From a virus (lineage: Duplodnaviria; Heunggongvirae; Uroviricota; Caudoviricetes), in the IMG/VR virus record IMGVR_UViG_2529292998_000004, positions 1-50,094 of that record: a stretch of 50,094 nt of DNA; one strand, given 5' to 3'. Positions within the stretch are counted from its first letter, which is position 1. Every line of letters begins with the position of its first letter. The notes beneath the pieces were generated by a model, which saw only the letters and a program-made list of their open reading frames with translations, had not been told where the DNA came from and ran no database searches. The translations under genes were made by a program, and so were the position numbers. Below are positions 11,477 to 20,739 of the stretch, one piece after another.

Positions 11477-11805
11477 CAGTTCACCACCTGCTTAAACTCC
11501 GCGCTGAACTCAACGCGCAACATCCCGACCCGCGCAGACCACCCGGCACAGGTCACCTTTATCTGCCGGTATGCATAGGGTGGCTTCCACAAAAATGCCT
11601 TCCAGCCACCGTGCTCTGCCAGGAACGCTTCCAGATGCCGGGCCTCCTCCCGGGTCACGGAAAGCGTCACCCTGTATGTTTTCAGGTCAGCATTCAGCCC
11701 TGCCGCCATACGCTGTGAGTACCCGTCACCAAAACGCACTTCACGCACCGATGGCTGCGAGTTCACCTCCATATCCGGCTTCACTTTCCAGCGAAAGGTT
11801 TTCAT
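11476..11805 (-). CDS. M: Minor tail protein M
   Basis: 109 aa, lambda M-like, between H and L. Confidence 0.9.
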   Translation of the reverse strand: MKTFRWKVKPDMEVNSQPSVREVRFGDGYSQRMAAGLNADLKTYRVTLSVTREEARHLEAFLAEHGGWKAFLWKPPYAYRQIKVTCAGWSARVGMLRVEFSAEFKQVVN

Positions 11806-14375
11806 CCACCGCTCCCTGATAACATACCGCCATCACGCAACTGCAGCCGGAGTTCATCCTGTGCCCCCTTGCGGGCCATCTCATACACCGCTTTCATCAG
11901 CTGCGGCCCTGCCCGCCCGTTGGGGCCGTCGTTCTGAATCACCACGTGATTGTTCTGATTAAAATTAATGCCTTCCGCCCGCCGCATCTGCGCCGGACTT
12001 CCGGCACCGCCGACATAACCACCTTCCGCATAGCCCCGCATCAGGCGGTACAGATTGCCGACACCAATCCGGCTGGTCGCCTCCTTCGTGAAGACAAACT
12101 CCCCGCGATGAACAATCCCCGCAGGTTCATATTTACCCCCCGTCCCCGTAAATCCCCCGGTCGCGAAATGGAAGTTCGCCGCCGCAGCCTGAATGGCTGT
12201 ACCGCCTGACGCGGATGCGCCGCCACCAACAGCCCCGCCAATGGCGCTGCCGATACTCCCGACTATCCCCACCATCGCCTGCTTCAGAAAAATCTCTGTC
12301 AGCATGGACAGCACAGAACGGGTGAAACCACGCCAGTTCTGTTCGCTGCCGGTCAGCATCGCTGCCATATTCTGTGCAATACCGTCAAAGGTCTGCGTGG
12401 CCGCGTTTTTAACCTGCGAAAAACTGTCCGTCGCACTTTCCGCCCACTCGCCCCAGCCGGACTTCATCCCGGCCATCCAGCTTCCACGAAGCTGCTCCTC
12501 CGCAGACCAGGTGTTCTTCAGTGCAGATGTGGCCTTCGCCAGCGCAGCCGGATTATCACCGTACACCTCACGAAGGCGCTGCTCTTCCGACTCCCGCTGC
12601 GCCTGACGGTCGGTGAGTCCGCGGGCTTTTGCGCTGATTGCCGCCTGCTTCGCGCTCTGCTGCTGTTCAAACCGCGCCGCCTGCTGTGCCAGCTCATTCA
12701 GCCGTTTCTGGTGTTCAATCTTGTCGCCCAGCTCAGCCAGCTGGCGTTTGTACTCCAGCGTCTCTTTCTCATGGGCCAGCAGGGATTTTTCCTGCTCAGA
12801 TAACTGCCGTTTCGTGGCGGCCTCTTTCAGGACCACATACTGATTTTCCGCTTCCCATAAATCCCGGCGCTGCTGGCTGATTTTCTCATTCACACCGCTG
12901 TGTTTTTCCAGCGTCCTGAGCTCGGTTTCAAGCGCCAGCAGGGCTGCATGCGCCTGGTCTTCCTGGCGCTCACCGGCAGACACCTTCACACCGGACGGCT
13001 TTTTCTGCGTCGACTCATAATCCTTTTTTGCCGACGCCATCAGCGTGTTGTAATCCGCCTGCAGGATTTTCCCGTCTTTCAGGGCCTTATTCAGCTCTTC
13101 CTGCCGGGCGGTATATTTCTCCAGTGGCGTCAGCAGGCGCTCATACGCCTTCTGCGCCTCTCCGGTATACTTCAGCTGTGACGACTCACGCTCAGCCCTG
13201 TCCCTTGCCGCCAGTTCACCGGCTTTTTCCATATCCGACTGCAGCGTTGCCGCTGCCAGACCCAGACGGGCATTTTCCCGGTCATCCCATGCGCCCTGAA
13301 GGTTGGCACGAAAAGAGGCGGTTTTTCCCCGGCGCTGGCTCCGGCTCTGGTACCACTGCCATTTTTTATCCGCCTCATCAAATGCCTTCTGCGCACTGGC
13401 GAGCATATCCGCTGAGGATTCCGGACGACCGATATCCAGAATGGCATCCCACATCGATTTGAATGCCTTCCCTGTTTTATCCGCCCAGGTCTCCAGTGTT
13501 CCCATGTTTTCTTTCAGGCGACGGGTCTGCTCATCAAAGCCTTTCGTGGCGATATCGTTCGCCGCCTGCAATGCACCGGCCTCGTCTCCGGAACGCTGCA
13601 GCTGTGCAACATACGCAATCTGCTCTGCCGTCACGTTACGGAACTGGCGCGCCATCGCCATCAGTCCCGACGTCGGGTCAGTGGTCAGCTTCCCGAAGGC
13701 TTCAGCGACTTTATCCACCTCCACACCGGATGCAGACGCAAAACGCGCGACACTCTGGTTGATGGCATCAAACTGTTCACCACCACGCACACCGGCATTC
13801 ACCAGGGCTGCCAGTGACTCTCTCGCCTGGTTAAACGTCAGCCCTGCTGCCTGCCCGGCTCTTGAGAGAGTCAGCATACGATCGGCAGTCAGTCCGGACT
13901 GATTACCGGAAAGAACCAGGGTTTTATTAAACGCTGAAAGCGTGGAATCTCCCTGGTACCAGGCGTACACCAGCGCACCTGTCGCCACCGCCAGCGAGGT
14001 GACCCCGACCATCGGCAGGGTGATCGCACCGGCGAGCCCCCTGAACATGGGGATCATCCCGCCGAAGGAGTCCTTCACCTGACCGCCCTGTTGCAGCAGG
14101 ATCAGCCAGGGATTCTGACCACCGGCAAGCTGCGTGGCGATATCCGTAAACTGTGCGGGCAGGGTTCGCATGGCCGCTTTATACTGCCCGACGGAAATCC
14201 CGGCTTTTTGTGCAGCCAGCGCCTGGCGGCTCAGGCCCTGTTCAACAGCACTGGCGGTTTTTCTGGCGTCGGTATCCAGACCTGAAAAATGACGCCTTAC
14301 CCGGCTCATCTGCTCATCGAAACGGACAGCATCCAGACTCAGGTCAATAACAAGATCACCAACCGGCTGGGACAT
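11802..14375 (-). CDS. H: Tail tape measure protein H
   Basis: 857 aa; N-terminal and C-terminal regions match lambda H; long coiled-coil middle. Confidence 0.95.
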   Translation of the reverse strand: MSQPVGDLVIDLSLDAVRFDEQMSRVRRHFSGLDTDARKTASAVEQGLSRQALAAQKAGISVGQYKAAMRTLPAQFTDIATQLAGGQNPWLILLQQGGQVKDSFGGMIPMFRGLAGAITLPMVGVTSLAVATGALVYAWYQGDSTLSAFNKTLVLSGNQSGLTADRMLTLSRAGQAAGLTFNQARESLAALVNAGVRGGEQFDAINQSVARFASASGVEVDKVAEAFGKLTTDPTSGLMAMARQFRNVTAEQIAYVAQLQRSGDEAGALQAANDIATKGFDEQTRRLKENMGTLETWADKTGKAFKSMWDAILDIGRPESSADMLASAQKAFDEADKKWQWYQSRSQRRGKTASFRANLQGAWDDRENARLGLAAATLQSDMEKAGELAARDRAERESSQLKYTGEAQKAYERLLTPLEKYTARQEELNKALKDGKILQADYNTLMASAKKDYESTQKKPSGVKVSAGERQEDQAHAALLALETELRTLEKHSGVNEKISQQRRDLWEAENQYVVLKEAATKRQLSEQEKSLLAHEKETLEYKRQLAELGDKIEHQKRLNELAQQAARFEQQQSAKQAAISAKARGLTDRQAQRESEEQRLREVYGDNPAALAKATSALKNTWSAEEQLRGSWMAGMKSGWGEWAESATDSFSQVKNAATQTFDGIAQNMAAMLTGSEQNWRGFTRSVLSMLTEIFLKQAMVGIVGSIGSAIGGAVGGGASASGGTAIQAAAANFHFATGGFTGTGGKYEPAGIVHRGEFVFTKEATSRIGVGNLYRLMRGYAEGGYVGGAGSPAQMRRAEGINFNQNNHVVIQNDGPNGRAGPQLMKAVYEMARKGAQDELRLQLRDGGMLSGSGG

Positions 14376-15227
14376 ATCTCACACCTCCCGGAATCCCCGC
14401 TGAAGCCATCATTAATGCGGCTTCATCCACCATGACATCCGCCACATCCGCAGACGATAAAATATCGCGCCCTCCGTCCCCACCGAACCGGACGCCTCCG
14501 GCAAGTCCTGCCGCTTTCTGCATCAGCATTTTGTCCTCATCCGGCCTCTCCACCTGCTCTTCCTCATGCCGGGGGACAAGCAGACTGAAATCAGAGGGAT
14601 GCATATCCGGATCGCAAAAAAACAGGCTGAGTACAGCGTACGTCAGCCCGGAAAAATGCATATCCAGCTGGGTATCCTGAAAATAATGCGTGCGGTAAAA
14701 ACGGTGCCAGTCGGCATATTCGGTGGATGTCATCCCGGCAAGCATGGCGCGCCAGTCGGGTCTCCCCATCTCACGCGCCAGTCTGAGGGCAAAGTTCAGC
14801 TCGCCGTCGAAGACTTTCCCGCAGAAAAATCATCATCAGTCAGCGTGTTATTTTTCGCCACTTCAGTAATATCAGTATCCGGACGAACAGCTTCGATCAT
14901 CCCGGACAGGCACAACACCACGTCTTCCGCCCGGGCAATGGCATCGGCAGGCCAGGTGGTGAGCACTTCCTGCTCTATCTTCATCACGGCCTCATTCATT
15001 GACGGTGACTGCGTTTTCTGTGGATGGTTATGCCACAGGGACATCGCCACCAGAAACGCGCCGGTTCTGACGAGATCTTCCACGCTTACCTGCAGGTTGC
15101 CGCTGGATTCTGCCTGTTCTGCACGCCGTTTCAGGAGGGCAAGATGCTCGATACGCTGCAGCGCAGACAATTCGGAAAGCGTGACAGACACACCGTTATA
15201 TTCAAATTGTTCTGTTTTCAGAAACAT
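14356..15227 (-). CDS. T: Tail assembly chaperone G-T fusion made by programmed -1 ribosomal frameshift
   Basis: T reading frame (14356..14769 and upstream) overlaps 3' end of G in the -1 frame; slippery G GGA AAG present at 14814..14820. Confidence 0.75.
14796..15227 (-). CDS. G: Tail assembly chaperone G
   Basis: 143 aa; MFLKTEQFEYNGVSVTLSELSALQRIEHLAL.. as lambda G; ends just after slippery heptamer. Confidence 0.9.
   Translation of the reverse strand: MFLKTEQFEYNGVSVTLSELSALQRIEHLALLKRRAEQAESSGNLQVSVEDLVRTGAFLVAMSLWHNHPQKTQSPSMNEAVMKIEQEVLTTWPADAIARAEDVVLCLSGMIEAVRPDTDITEVAKNNTLTDDDFSAGKSSTAS
14814..14820 (-). promoter_or_regulatory. Slippery heptamer GGGAAAG for the G/G-T -1 frameshift
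   Basis: Minus-strand sequence CTGCGGGAAAGTC in frame as G GGA AAG at codons Gly-Lys near the end of G, identical to the lambda frameshift site. Confidence 0.8.
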
Positions 15228-15240
15228 GTATTACCTCCGT

Positions 15241-15993
15241 TTACCCTGCAGCGCCCGCTTCAGTAACGGTGACTTCAGCCACTGCGGCGAACTGACCATT
15301 TCCGCTCACCACAGGGATCTGCACCTTACCTGTCGCCACGCCGTTTACCGTAATTGTCATATCTTTCACACTAATGGTGGCTTTCGACGGATCGGCGGAA
15401 ACCGCTCTGAACGTCTTGTCGGTTGCACTTTCCGGCTCAAAAGAAACCGTCAGGGTGGTTGTTTTCCCTTTTGCCACCGTACCGGATGTCGGCGTCACCT
15501 TAATCGCACTGACCGGCGTAATTTTGCTGCGTTCTTCCGCTACAGAAGGTTTACCCACGTTAGTGACTTTCACCGTGCGGGTGATCACTTCTTTCGCCGT
15601 CACGGCCTTACCGATACTGCTGACCCAGCCACGAAACACATCCACCGTGCCATTCGGAAAACGGATTTTATAGGCCCGGACATCGCCGCTTTCAAACCAG
15701 CCTATAAGCCCTTTCTGGCCTTCCTCTCCCGGTTTCCAGGCCAGCGTAAAACTGGTATCACCTGCAGATTTCTGCCCCTGCCCGGTCGCGGTCCAGTCCG
15801 CGTCTTCATCATCCAGGTAGTTATCATCGTAGGATTCTGCCGTCATCTCGCCCGGCGTCAGATCCTTCACCTTAGCCAGTCGCTGCCAGTCATCGTCTGA
15901 CAACGGGTTTGCATAAGCATCACCCTTGCCGTTGTAAACCCACAGAGTGGTGCCGGCACCTTTTACCGGCTCAAGGGGATTTGGTGTTGCCAT
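15241..15993 (-). CDS. V: Major tail protein V (with C-terminal Ig-like domain)
   Basis: 250 aa, lambda V-like N-terminus; C-terminal Thr/Val-rich Ig-like segment. Confidence 0.9.
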   Translation of the reverse strand: MATPNPLEPVKGAGTTLWVYNGKGDAYANPLSDDDWQRLAKVKDLTPGEMTAESYDDNYLDDEDADWTATGQGQKSAGDTSFTLAWKPGEEGQKGLIGWFESGDVRAYKIRFPNGTVDVFRGWVSSIGKAVTAKEVITRTVKVTNVGKPSVAEERSKITPVSAIKVTPTSGTVAKGKTTTLTVSFEPESATDKTFRAVSADPSKATISVKDMTITVNGVATGKVQIPVVSGNGQFAAVAEVTVTEAGAAG

Positions 15994-16000
15994 ATCGTCC

Positions 16001-16396
16001 TCACATCTCGTATGTAATGGAATAAGTCAGATCTGCAGAACTCCATAACGCCATATCGTCATCACGACGATACTCATAGCCCTGCGTAACCATCGTGGTA
16101 ATCAGTCCTGCCAGTGCCGGGATCGCGGTCATCGCCGGGTAAATCCGGCTTTCCATCCACTGATCAAGCTCTGAATCCGGTACCTGTGCCGGTAAAAACA
16201 CCTCAATATGCAGCGTGGCCCGCCAGGTATCTGCATCCAGCTCTTCACCGGTATACTCTGCATCCGTCAGATAAACCGCGATCGCAGGAAAATCCTCTTC
16301 GTCAAAAACAACGGGGCGACCATCAAACAGCGTCGCCCCGTGTTCATGCTGCTCGAGTGCATCCAGCACTGCGGCACGAATGTCAGTGTGTTTCAT
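16001..16396 (-). CDS. U: Tail terminator protein U
   Basis: 131 aa, lambda U-like. Confidence 0.9.
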   Translation of the reverse strand: MKHTDIRAAVLDALEQHEHGATLFDGRPVVFDEEDFPAIAVYLTDAEYTGEELDADTWRATLHIEVFLPAQVPDSELDQWMESRIYPAMTAIPALAGLITTMVTQGYEYRRDDDMALWSSADLTYSITYEM

Positions 16397-16968
16397 CGTT
16401 TTATCGCAATCCTCAGTTGTTGTTTCAGCGCGTATGCCAGTTCTTTAGGCAGGCGTTCACGCCGGATACGGTCAACATTCTCATCAAATGCCTGTTTCAG
16501 TGGGGCCGCCATCGGGATTTTCACCACCTGAATGGGAAGGCGATTACGCTTTTTCCTTCCCTTGTCGTCATTGCCCTCCTCATATCTGGCCTGGGGAAGA
16601 CGTTGCATAACATGCCAGCGCCCATTATTTAATCGCTGGATAAATGCCCGCTGATAACGATGCTGACCGGCTTTGAGTATGCTGTTCGGACGACGCCCCA
16701 GCATTCTGATCCCCAGCTTAATCACAGGGAGATCACCGCGGTTAACGATAATTCTGGCATTCGGATTTCTGACCGTCGCCCGTTTCAGTCTGGACCGTTC
16801 CTTTACCAGTTTCCGTCTCACCCTGGTTTCCCGGGCAACCTGTGACGAAGACTGATTAATCGCCGTTGTGGCCACGCGGTTAATGGTCATTGCAGAAGCA
16901 GCCGGAATGGCGTTTTTACGAACCCGGCTCAGATTGTCAATCGCCTGATCAAGCCCTTTTATCGCCAT
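16393..16968 (-). CDS. Z: Tail completion protein Z
   Basis: 191 aa, lambda Z-like, overlaps U start. Confidence 0.9.
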   Translation of the reverse strand: MAIKGLDQAIDNLSRVRKNAIPAASAMTINRVATTAINQSSSQVARETRVRRKLVKERSRLKRATVRNPNARIIVNRGDLPVIKLGIRMLGRRPNSILKAGQHRYQRAFIQRLNNGRWHVMQRLPQARYEEGNDDKGRKKRNRLPIQVVKIPMAAPLKQAFDENVDRIRRERLPKELAYALKQQLRIAIKR

Positions 16969-16982
16969 AATTCACCCTGCGT

Positions 16983-17336
16983 TTATCGTCGCCGGTTAAC
17001 TGCGGGTGGTTGCCCACGGTTGAGCCAGAGATAACAGCTGCCCCCGTCATCCGGAGAAACACGATCCACCCAGAATGTCTCACCATTAATGGTCAGCGTG
17101 TCACCACGCCGCACGGCACGAACCGTATCCGTCCGCACAAATAATGACGGGCAGCTTCCTTCAATACGGACCCCGCCACCGGCAACCCCCAGCGACTCCG
17201 GATCGTCAAAAACCCCCTGAACTTCGCTGCCACACTGTGCCCCCGAGGTGAACTGCGCACAGAGTCCCATCACTTCAACGATCGTACTGTCTACCCCGGC
17301 GAGGGCAGCATCAAAGGCATTCTGAAAATCACGCAT
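16983..17336 (-). CDS. FII: Head-tail joining protein FII
   Basis: 117 aa; ..GVFDDPE...SLFVRTD.VR..RRGDTLTI....FWVDRVSPDDGGSCYLWL.RG.PPAVNRRR as lambda FII. Confidence 0.9.
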   Translation of the reverse strand: MRDFQNAFDAALAGVDSTIVEVMGLCAQFTSGAQCGSEVQGVFDDPESLGVAGGGVRIEGSCPSLFVRTDTVRAVRRGDTLTINGETFWVDRVSPDDGGSCYLWLNRGQPPAVNRRR

Positions 17337-17712
17337 ATTCAGCCGTTCCGTGCTGTATCATGGCCGTTGCCAGTGATGATGGCACCAGAACACGCATACC
17401 CCGTAACGCCAGCTCAACGGGACGACCTGTCTCCGGGCAATACCCCATTACTTGCAGGCACTTCCGTACCCGGACGGCTTTAACATCATCCGGAGCATCC
17501 GTGTTGTTCAACTGCTCACCATCGTCTGTGTGATTTTGATCAGCCCCGCTCTCATCAGAGTGCATAATGCCCTCCGGGGAAACAGCAAGCTCCTCTTCCC
17601 ACTCAGACACACGTTGCGCAATATCCGCAGCACTCCCCGACATATCCGCCTCGCGCCCCAGCAGGCCAGCCAGTTGACGAAGACGATTCAGATTTTCTTC
17701 TTTTGTTGCCAT
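17329..17712 (-). CDS. FI: DNA packaging protein FI-like
   Basis: Position between E and FII; start chosen at internal ATG preceded by AGGAGG; acidic middle region as in lambda FI; sequence similarity to lambda FI only loose. Confidence 0.65.
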   Translation of the reverse strand: MATKEENLNRLRQLAGLLGREADMSGSAADIAQRVSEWEEELAVSPEGIMHSDESGADQNHTDDGEQLNNTDAPDDVKAVRVRKCLQVMGYCPETGRPVELALRGMRVLVPSSLATAMIQHGTAEYA

Positions 17713-17763
17713 CTCAGCCTCCTGTGAAAAAAGACACGGGGGCATTTCGCCCCCGCTCACGGA

Positions 17764-18792
17764 TTATTTCACCTGCACCACCACAAACTCATCCGGATCC
17801 GGCAGCACCATCAGCGGTGCGGACTGCGTCATGGTGAATTCACGGGCCGGATCGCCCACAGTCAGCCAGTGTTTCGGATAACGGGAAGAGGCCACCACAC
17901 CTTCGGACAACGCCTGCGCATCCTGAATGGCACCATAGCAACGAATGCCCTCTGCTGCCGTATTCCCCAGGACCAGTGTGCCCACCGGCAGATAACGTTT
18001 TTCGGTACCGTCGTCTGCCACATAAGACGTTTTCGCCACCACAATGGCCAGATCACCGTAATACCCTTTGAAAGACACCACCGCTCCCAGGTCTTTCACT
18101 GCCGTTTCGAGTTGTGAATTTGAGCCGCGACGGGTATCCAGTTTTTCGCGGAACAGCTTAAAGCCATTCAGCAGACGCCAGACCGTACCGTCCATAATGG
18201 CAATATTTACAAGACCGCTGGCCTGATCGCAGTAAAGGTCAATATCATGCGTCGGATCAAACGTATCACGGTCCTGCTCAGACCATTTTTTACCGTCGGC
18301 CTGCTCAATGTTATTTCCTTCAGAGCGTCCGAAATCCACCTCGACCGTGTCAAACTGTTCCCCTTCCATGGTGTATTTGCCATACAGCACGGCATTCACC
18401 GCCTGCATTTCTTCCACCTGGACAATGGCGTGCTCTTCCTGTTTGAGGTTATCGGTAATGATACGCAGACGACGGTAGGCCGGGTCGTTCAGCTGAGCCG
18501 GATCTTCACCAGGAAGGCGCTCAACCGCCTGCTGGTAATTAAATTCGTGTTTGGGCTTGACGTAGCCCGGACGTAACACGCGGGTTTCACCACCGCGATG
18601 GCGAAGCACTTTTCCTTCAACGATCGGGGAGACATAGGCCGCCACCGGCGTTTTTCCGGTAATTTTGTCCAGCATCACCTCTTCGGTGTGGAAATTCACC
18701 GTACGGCGGAAAAACAGCTCCAGAAACAGCGCACGGAATTTAACTTTTTGTTCGGTATAACCGAGTAACTGGCGGGTCGTAAACAATCCCAT
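17764..18792 (-). CDS. E: Major capsid protein E
   Basis: 342 aa; extensive match to lambda E (..SPIV.G.V.R.RGG....PGYVKPKHE.., ..KEKLDTRRGSNS.LETAVKDLG.., ..GDPAREFTM.QSAPLM.L.DPDEFV.VQ). Confidence 0.95.
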   Translation of the reverse strand: MGLFTTRQLLGYTEQKVKFRALFLELFFRRTVNFHTEEVMLDKITGKTPVAAYVSPIVEGKVLRHRGGETRVLRPGYVKPKHEFNYQQAVERLPGEDPAQLNDPAYRRLRIITDNLKQEEHAIVQVEEMQAVNAVLYGKYTMEGEQFDTVEVDFGRSEGNNIEQADGKKWSEQDRDTFDPTHDIDLYCDQASGLVNIAIMDGTVWRLLNGFKLFREKLDTRRGSNSQLETAVKDLGAVVSFKGYYGDLAIVVAKTSYVADDGTEKRYLPVGTLVLGNTAAEGIRCYGAIQDAQALSEGVVASSRYPKHWLTVGDPAREFTMTQSAPLMVLPDPDEFVVVQVK

Positions 18793-18849
18793 AAATCAGT
18801 TCCTTTCATTAAGAAATCAGTCAGGCCAACGCGGTGGCCTGATAACGTG

Positions 18850-19197
18850 TTACGGCAGCGCCGCGTGACTCAGGGCACTGCCGGTAAAGGCGTTGGCCTT
18901 TTTGTGTTCATCCACACTTTCAGGCCAGCGGATTGCCTCCGTCGCAAAGGTCCCCGACTTGTAATAGGTCAGCACCGCCTCTGTGCCTTCAAGCGGCAGT
19001 ACCAGTATGCCAACCGCACTACCGGCTTTCTGTCCGTCCCAGACCACCAGTTTCCCGGTGGCCCCATCCAGCATCAGGGGTGTCAGTGCCGGTGTTGCCG
19101 AGGAAATCCCGCTGCTGCCTGTGGCGGTGTGAGCCGGATCATTACCGGCAAAAATACGTACTTCCGCACGCTGTTCAGTGATGGTTTTCGTCACCAT
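18850..19197 (-). CDS. D: Head decoration protein D
   Basis: 115 aa; ..DPAHTAT....PLMLD....KLV.WDG....AVGIL.. as lambda D. Confidence 0.9.
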   Translation of the reverse strand: MVTKTITEQRAEVRIFAGNDPAHTATGSSGISSATPALTPLMLDGATGKLVVWDGQKAGSAVGILVLPLEGTEAVLTYYKSGTFATEAIRWPESVDEHKKANAFTGSALSHAALP

Positions 19198-19233
19198 ATT
19201 GTTAAAACCTCGTATTGATGTTCAGCACTGACT

Positions 19234-20739
19234 TCATGGCATGGCCATGAGCATTTTCACGTCCGCATCACCGTCTTCTGACGCCTGTGACACGCCCCCC
19301 TGGACCGCAGCCGGTGAATGGTTCGCCATGAAATGTTCAAACAGGGCGGTTGTGGATGCAGAGACCGGTTCTGCCTTACCTGATCCCGCAGCCAGCACAG
19401 CCCGGGCGCTCTCCACGGTCATTCCCGGGCAGGCAGCCAGCTGTTCAGCCTGCGCCTCAGCCCCTTTTGCCTCATCCAGGGCCATGATCTGATCACGGAG
19501 TGATGGTCCGGCATTCGCCTGCGGTGAAGCAGCCAGGATCGGGCGGGCTTTTTCCACCGTCATCTCCGGCATCGCCGCCAGCGTTACTGCCAGTTGTTCA
19601 CGACCGTTCGCTTCTTCACACGCCATAATGCGATCGGCTTCACTCTGCGCGGATGCCACCGGCTGCTGCGGTGCCGCCGCGGCCAGAATCGCCCGGGCCT
19701 GTTCAACGCTCATGCCCTGTTGCCCTGCCAGCATCGTGGCAAGCTGTTCACGTCCTTTCGCTTCCTGGCATGTCAGGATCCCCATCACTCGCTGGTTCTC
19801 CTGCACGGCGGCTTCCGTTGCAGTTAATTGCGGCATAGTGCCTCCTCTGACATTACTGTTCAGCGCCGTGGCCATCACACTGATGGCATCCGACGCATTG
19901 ATTAATTCATCCGCCAGCCCGGCCTCAATGCCGGACTGACCTTCAAAAACGGCGGCCTCTGTTCCCGTGACCGCATCCACAGACAACCCGGTATACATCG
20001 CCACTTTTTCGGCAAACATCCGGTGCGCCGCATCAATCCGCTGCTGCATATCCTGGCGAACCTCTGCCGGCAACGCTTCAAACTGATTGCCATCCACCTT
20101 GTGCGCCCCGGCATAAATCAGCGTGATATCCACACCGGCCTGCGCCAGATGACCGGCATAGCTGACATGGCTCATCATCACGCCAATGGAGCCGATACGG
20201 GATGTCTGGGTAACCAGCCGTCGGGAGCAGGCCGACGCCAGCAGCATGGCTGCAGAACAGGCCGTGTCATTGCACAGTGCCCAGACCGGCTTCTGCTGAC
20301 GGAGGCGGTAAATCATGTCAGCGCAGTCAAACGCGCCGGCGGCCTGCCCGCCCGGACTGTCAATGTCCAGCAGTATGCCCCGCACCTGGCTATCTGCCAT
20401 TGCCTGCTGAAGACAGGCGACAATGCCGTCATAGCCAGTCATTCCGGAAAATGGCCGCATCCCCCCCAGCCGGTGCACCAGCGTGCCGCTCACCGGCAGT
20501 ACCGCAATACCGTTCACCACCCGGTAAACACGGGCCGGTCGTTTACCTCCGGCCATGTACTCGTCCGTTTCAGCCAGCATTCCGGGAGCATCAAGCTGTA
20601 CCTGCTGTTGTGGTACCGAAAGACTTGCTGCCCCCATCTCGCGCCCGAGCGCGCAAAAGAAAACCCGCGCATAGGCGGGCTCCAGAAGCAGCGGTTCATT
20701 GAATGCTGCGGCAATAATGTGTGAAAGATTACGTCTCAC
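19234..20739 (-). CDS. C: Capsid assembly protease C with in-frame C-terminal scaffold (Nu3-like) region
   Basis: 501 aa; N-terminal S49-type protease region; C-terminal region contains three tandem ~45 aa repeats; position between B and D as in lambda. Confidence 0.9.
   Translation of the reverse strand: MRRNLSHIIAAAFNEPLLLEPAYARVFFCALGREMGAASLSVPQQQVQLDAPGMLAETDEYMAGGKRPARVYRVVNGIAVLPVSGTLVHRLGGMRPFSGMTGYDGIVACLQQAMADSQVRGILLDIDSPGGQAAGAFDCADMIYRLRQQKPVWALCNDTACSAAMLLASACSRRLVTQTSRIGSIGVMMSHVSYAGHLAQAGVDITLIYAGAHKVDGNQFEALPAEVRQDMQQRIDAAHRMFAEKVAMYTGLSVDAVTGTEAAVFEGQSGIEAGLADELINASDAISVMATALNSNVRGGTMPQLTATEAAVQENQRVMGILTCQEAKGREQLATMLAGQQGMSVEQARAILAAAAPQQPVASAQSEADRIMACEEANGREQLAVTLAAMPEMTVEKARPILAASPQANAGPSLRDQIMALDEAKGAEAQAEQLAACPGMTVESARAVLAAGSGKAEPVSASTTALFEHFMANHSPAAVQGGVSQASEDGDADVKMLMAMP

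Noticed and set aside
14566-15900. 444 aa plus-strand ORF spanning G, T and V
   Set aside because: Antisense to three conserved tail genes; Cys/Arg-rich composition; no start context.
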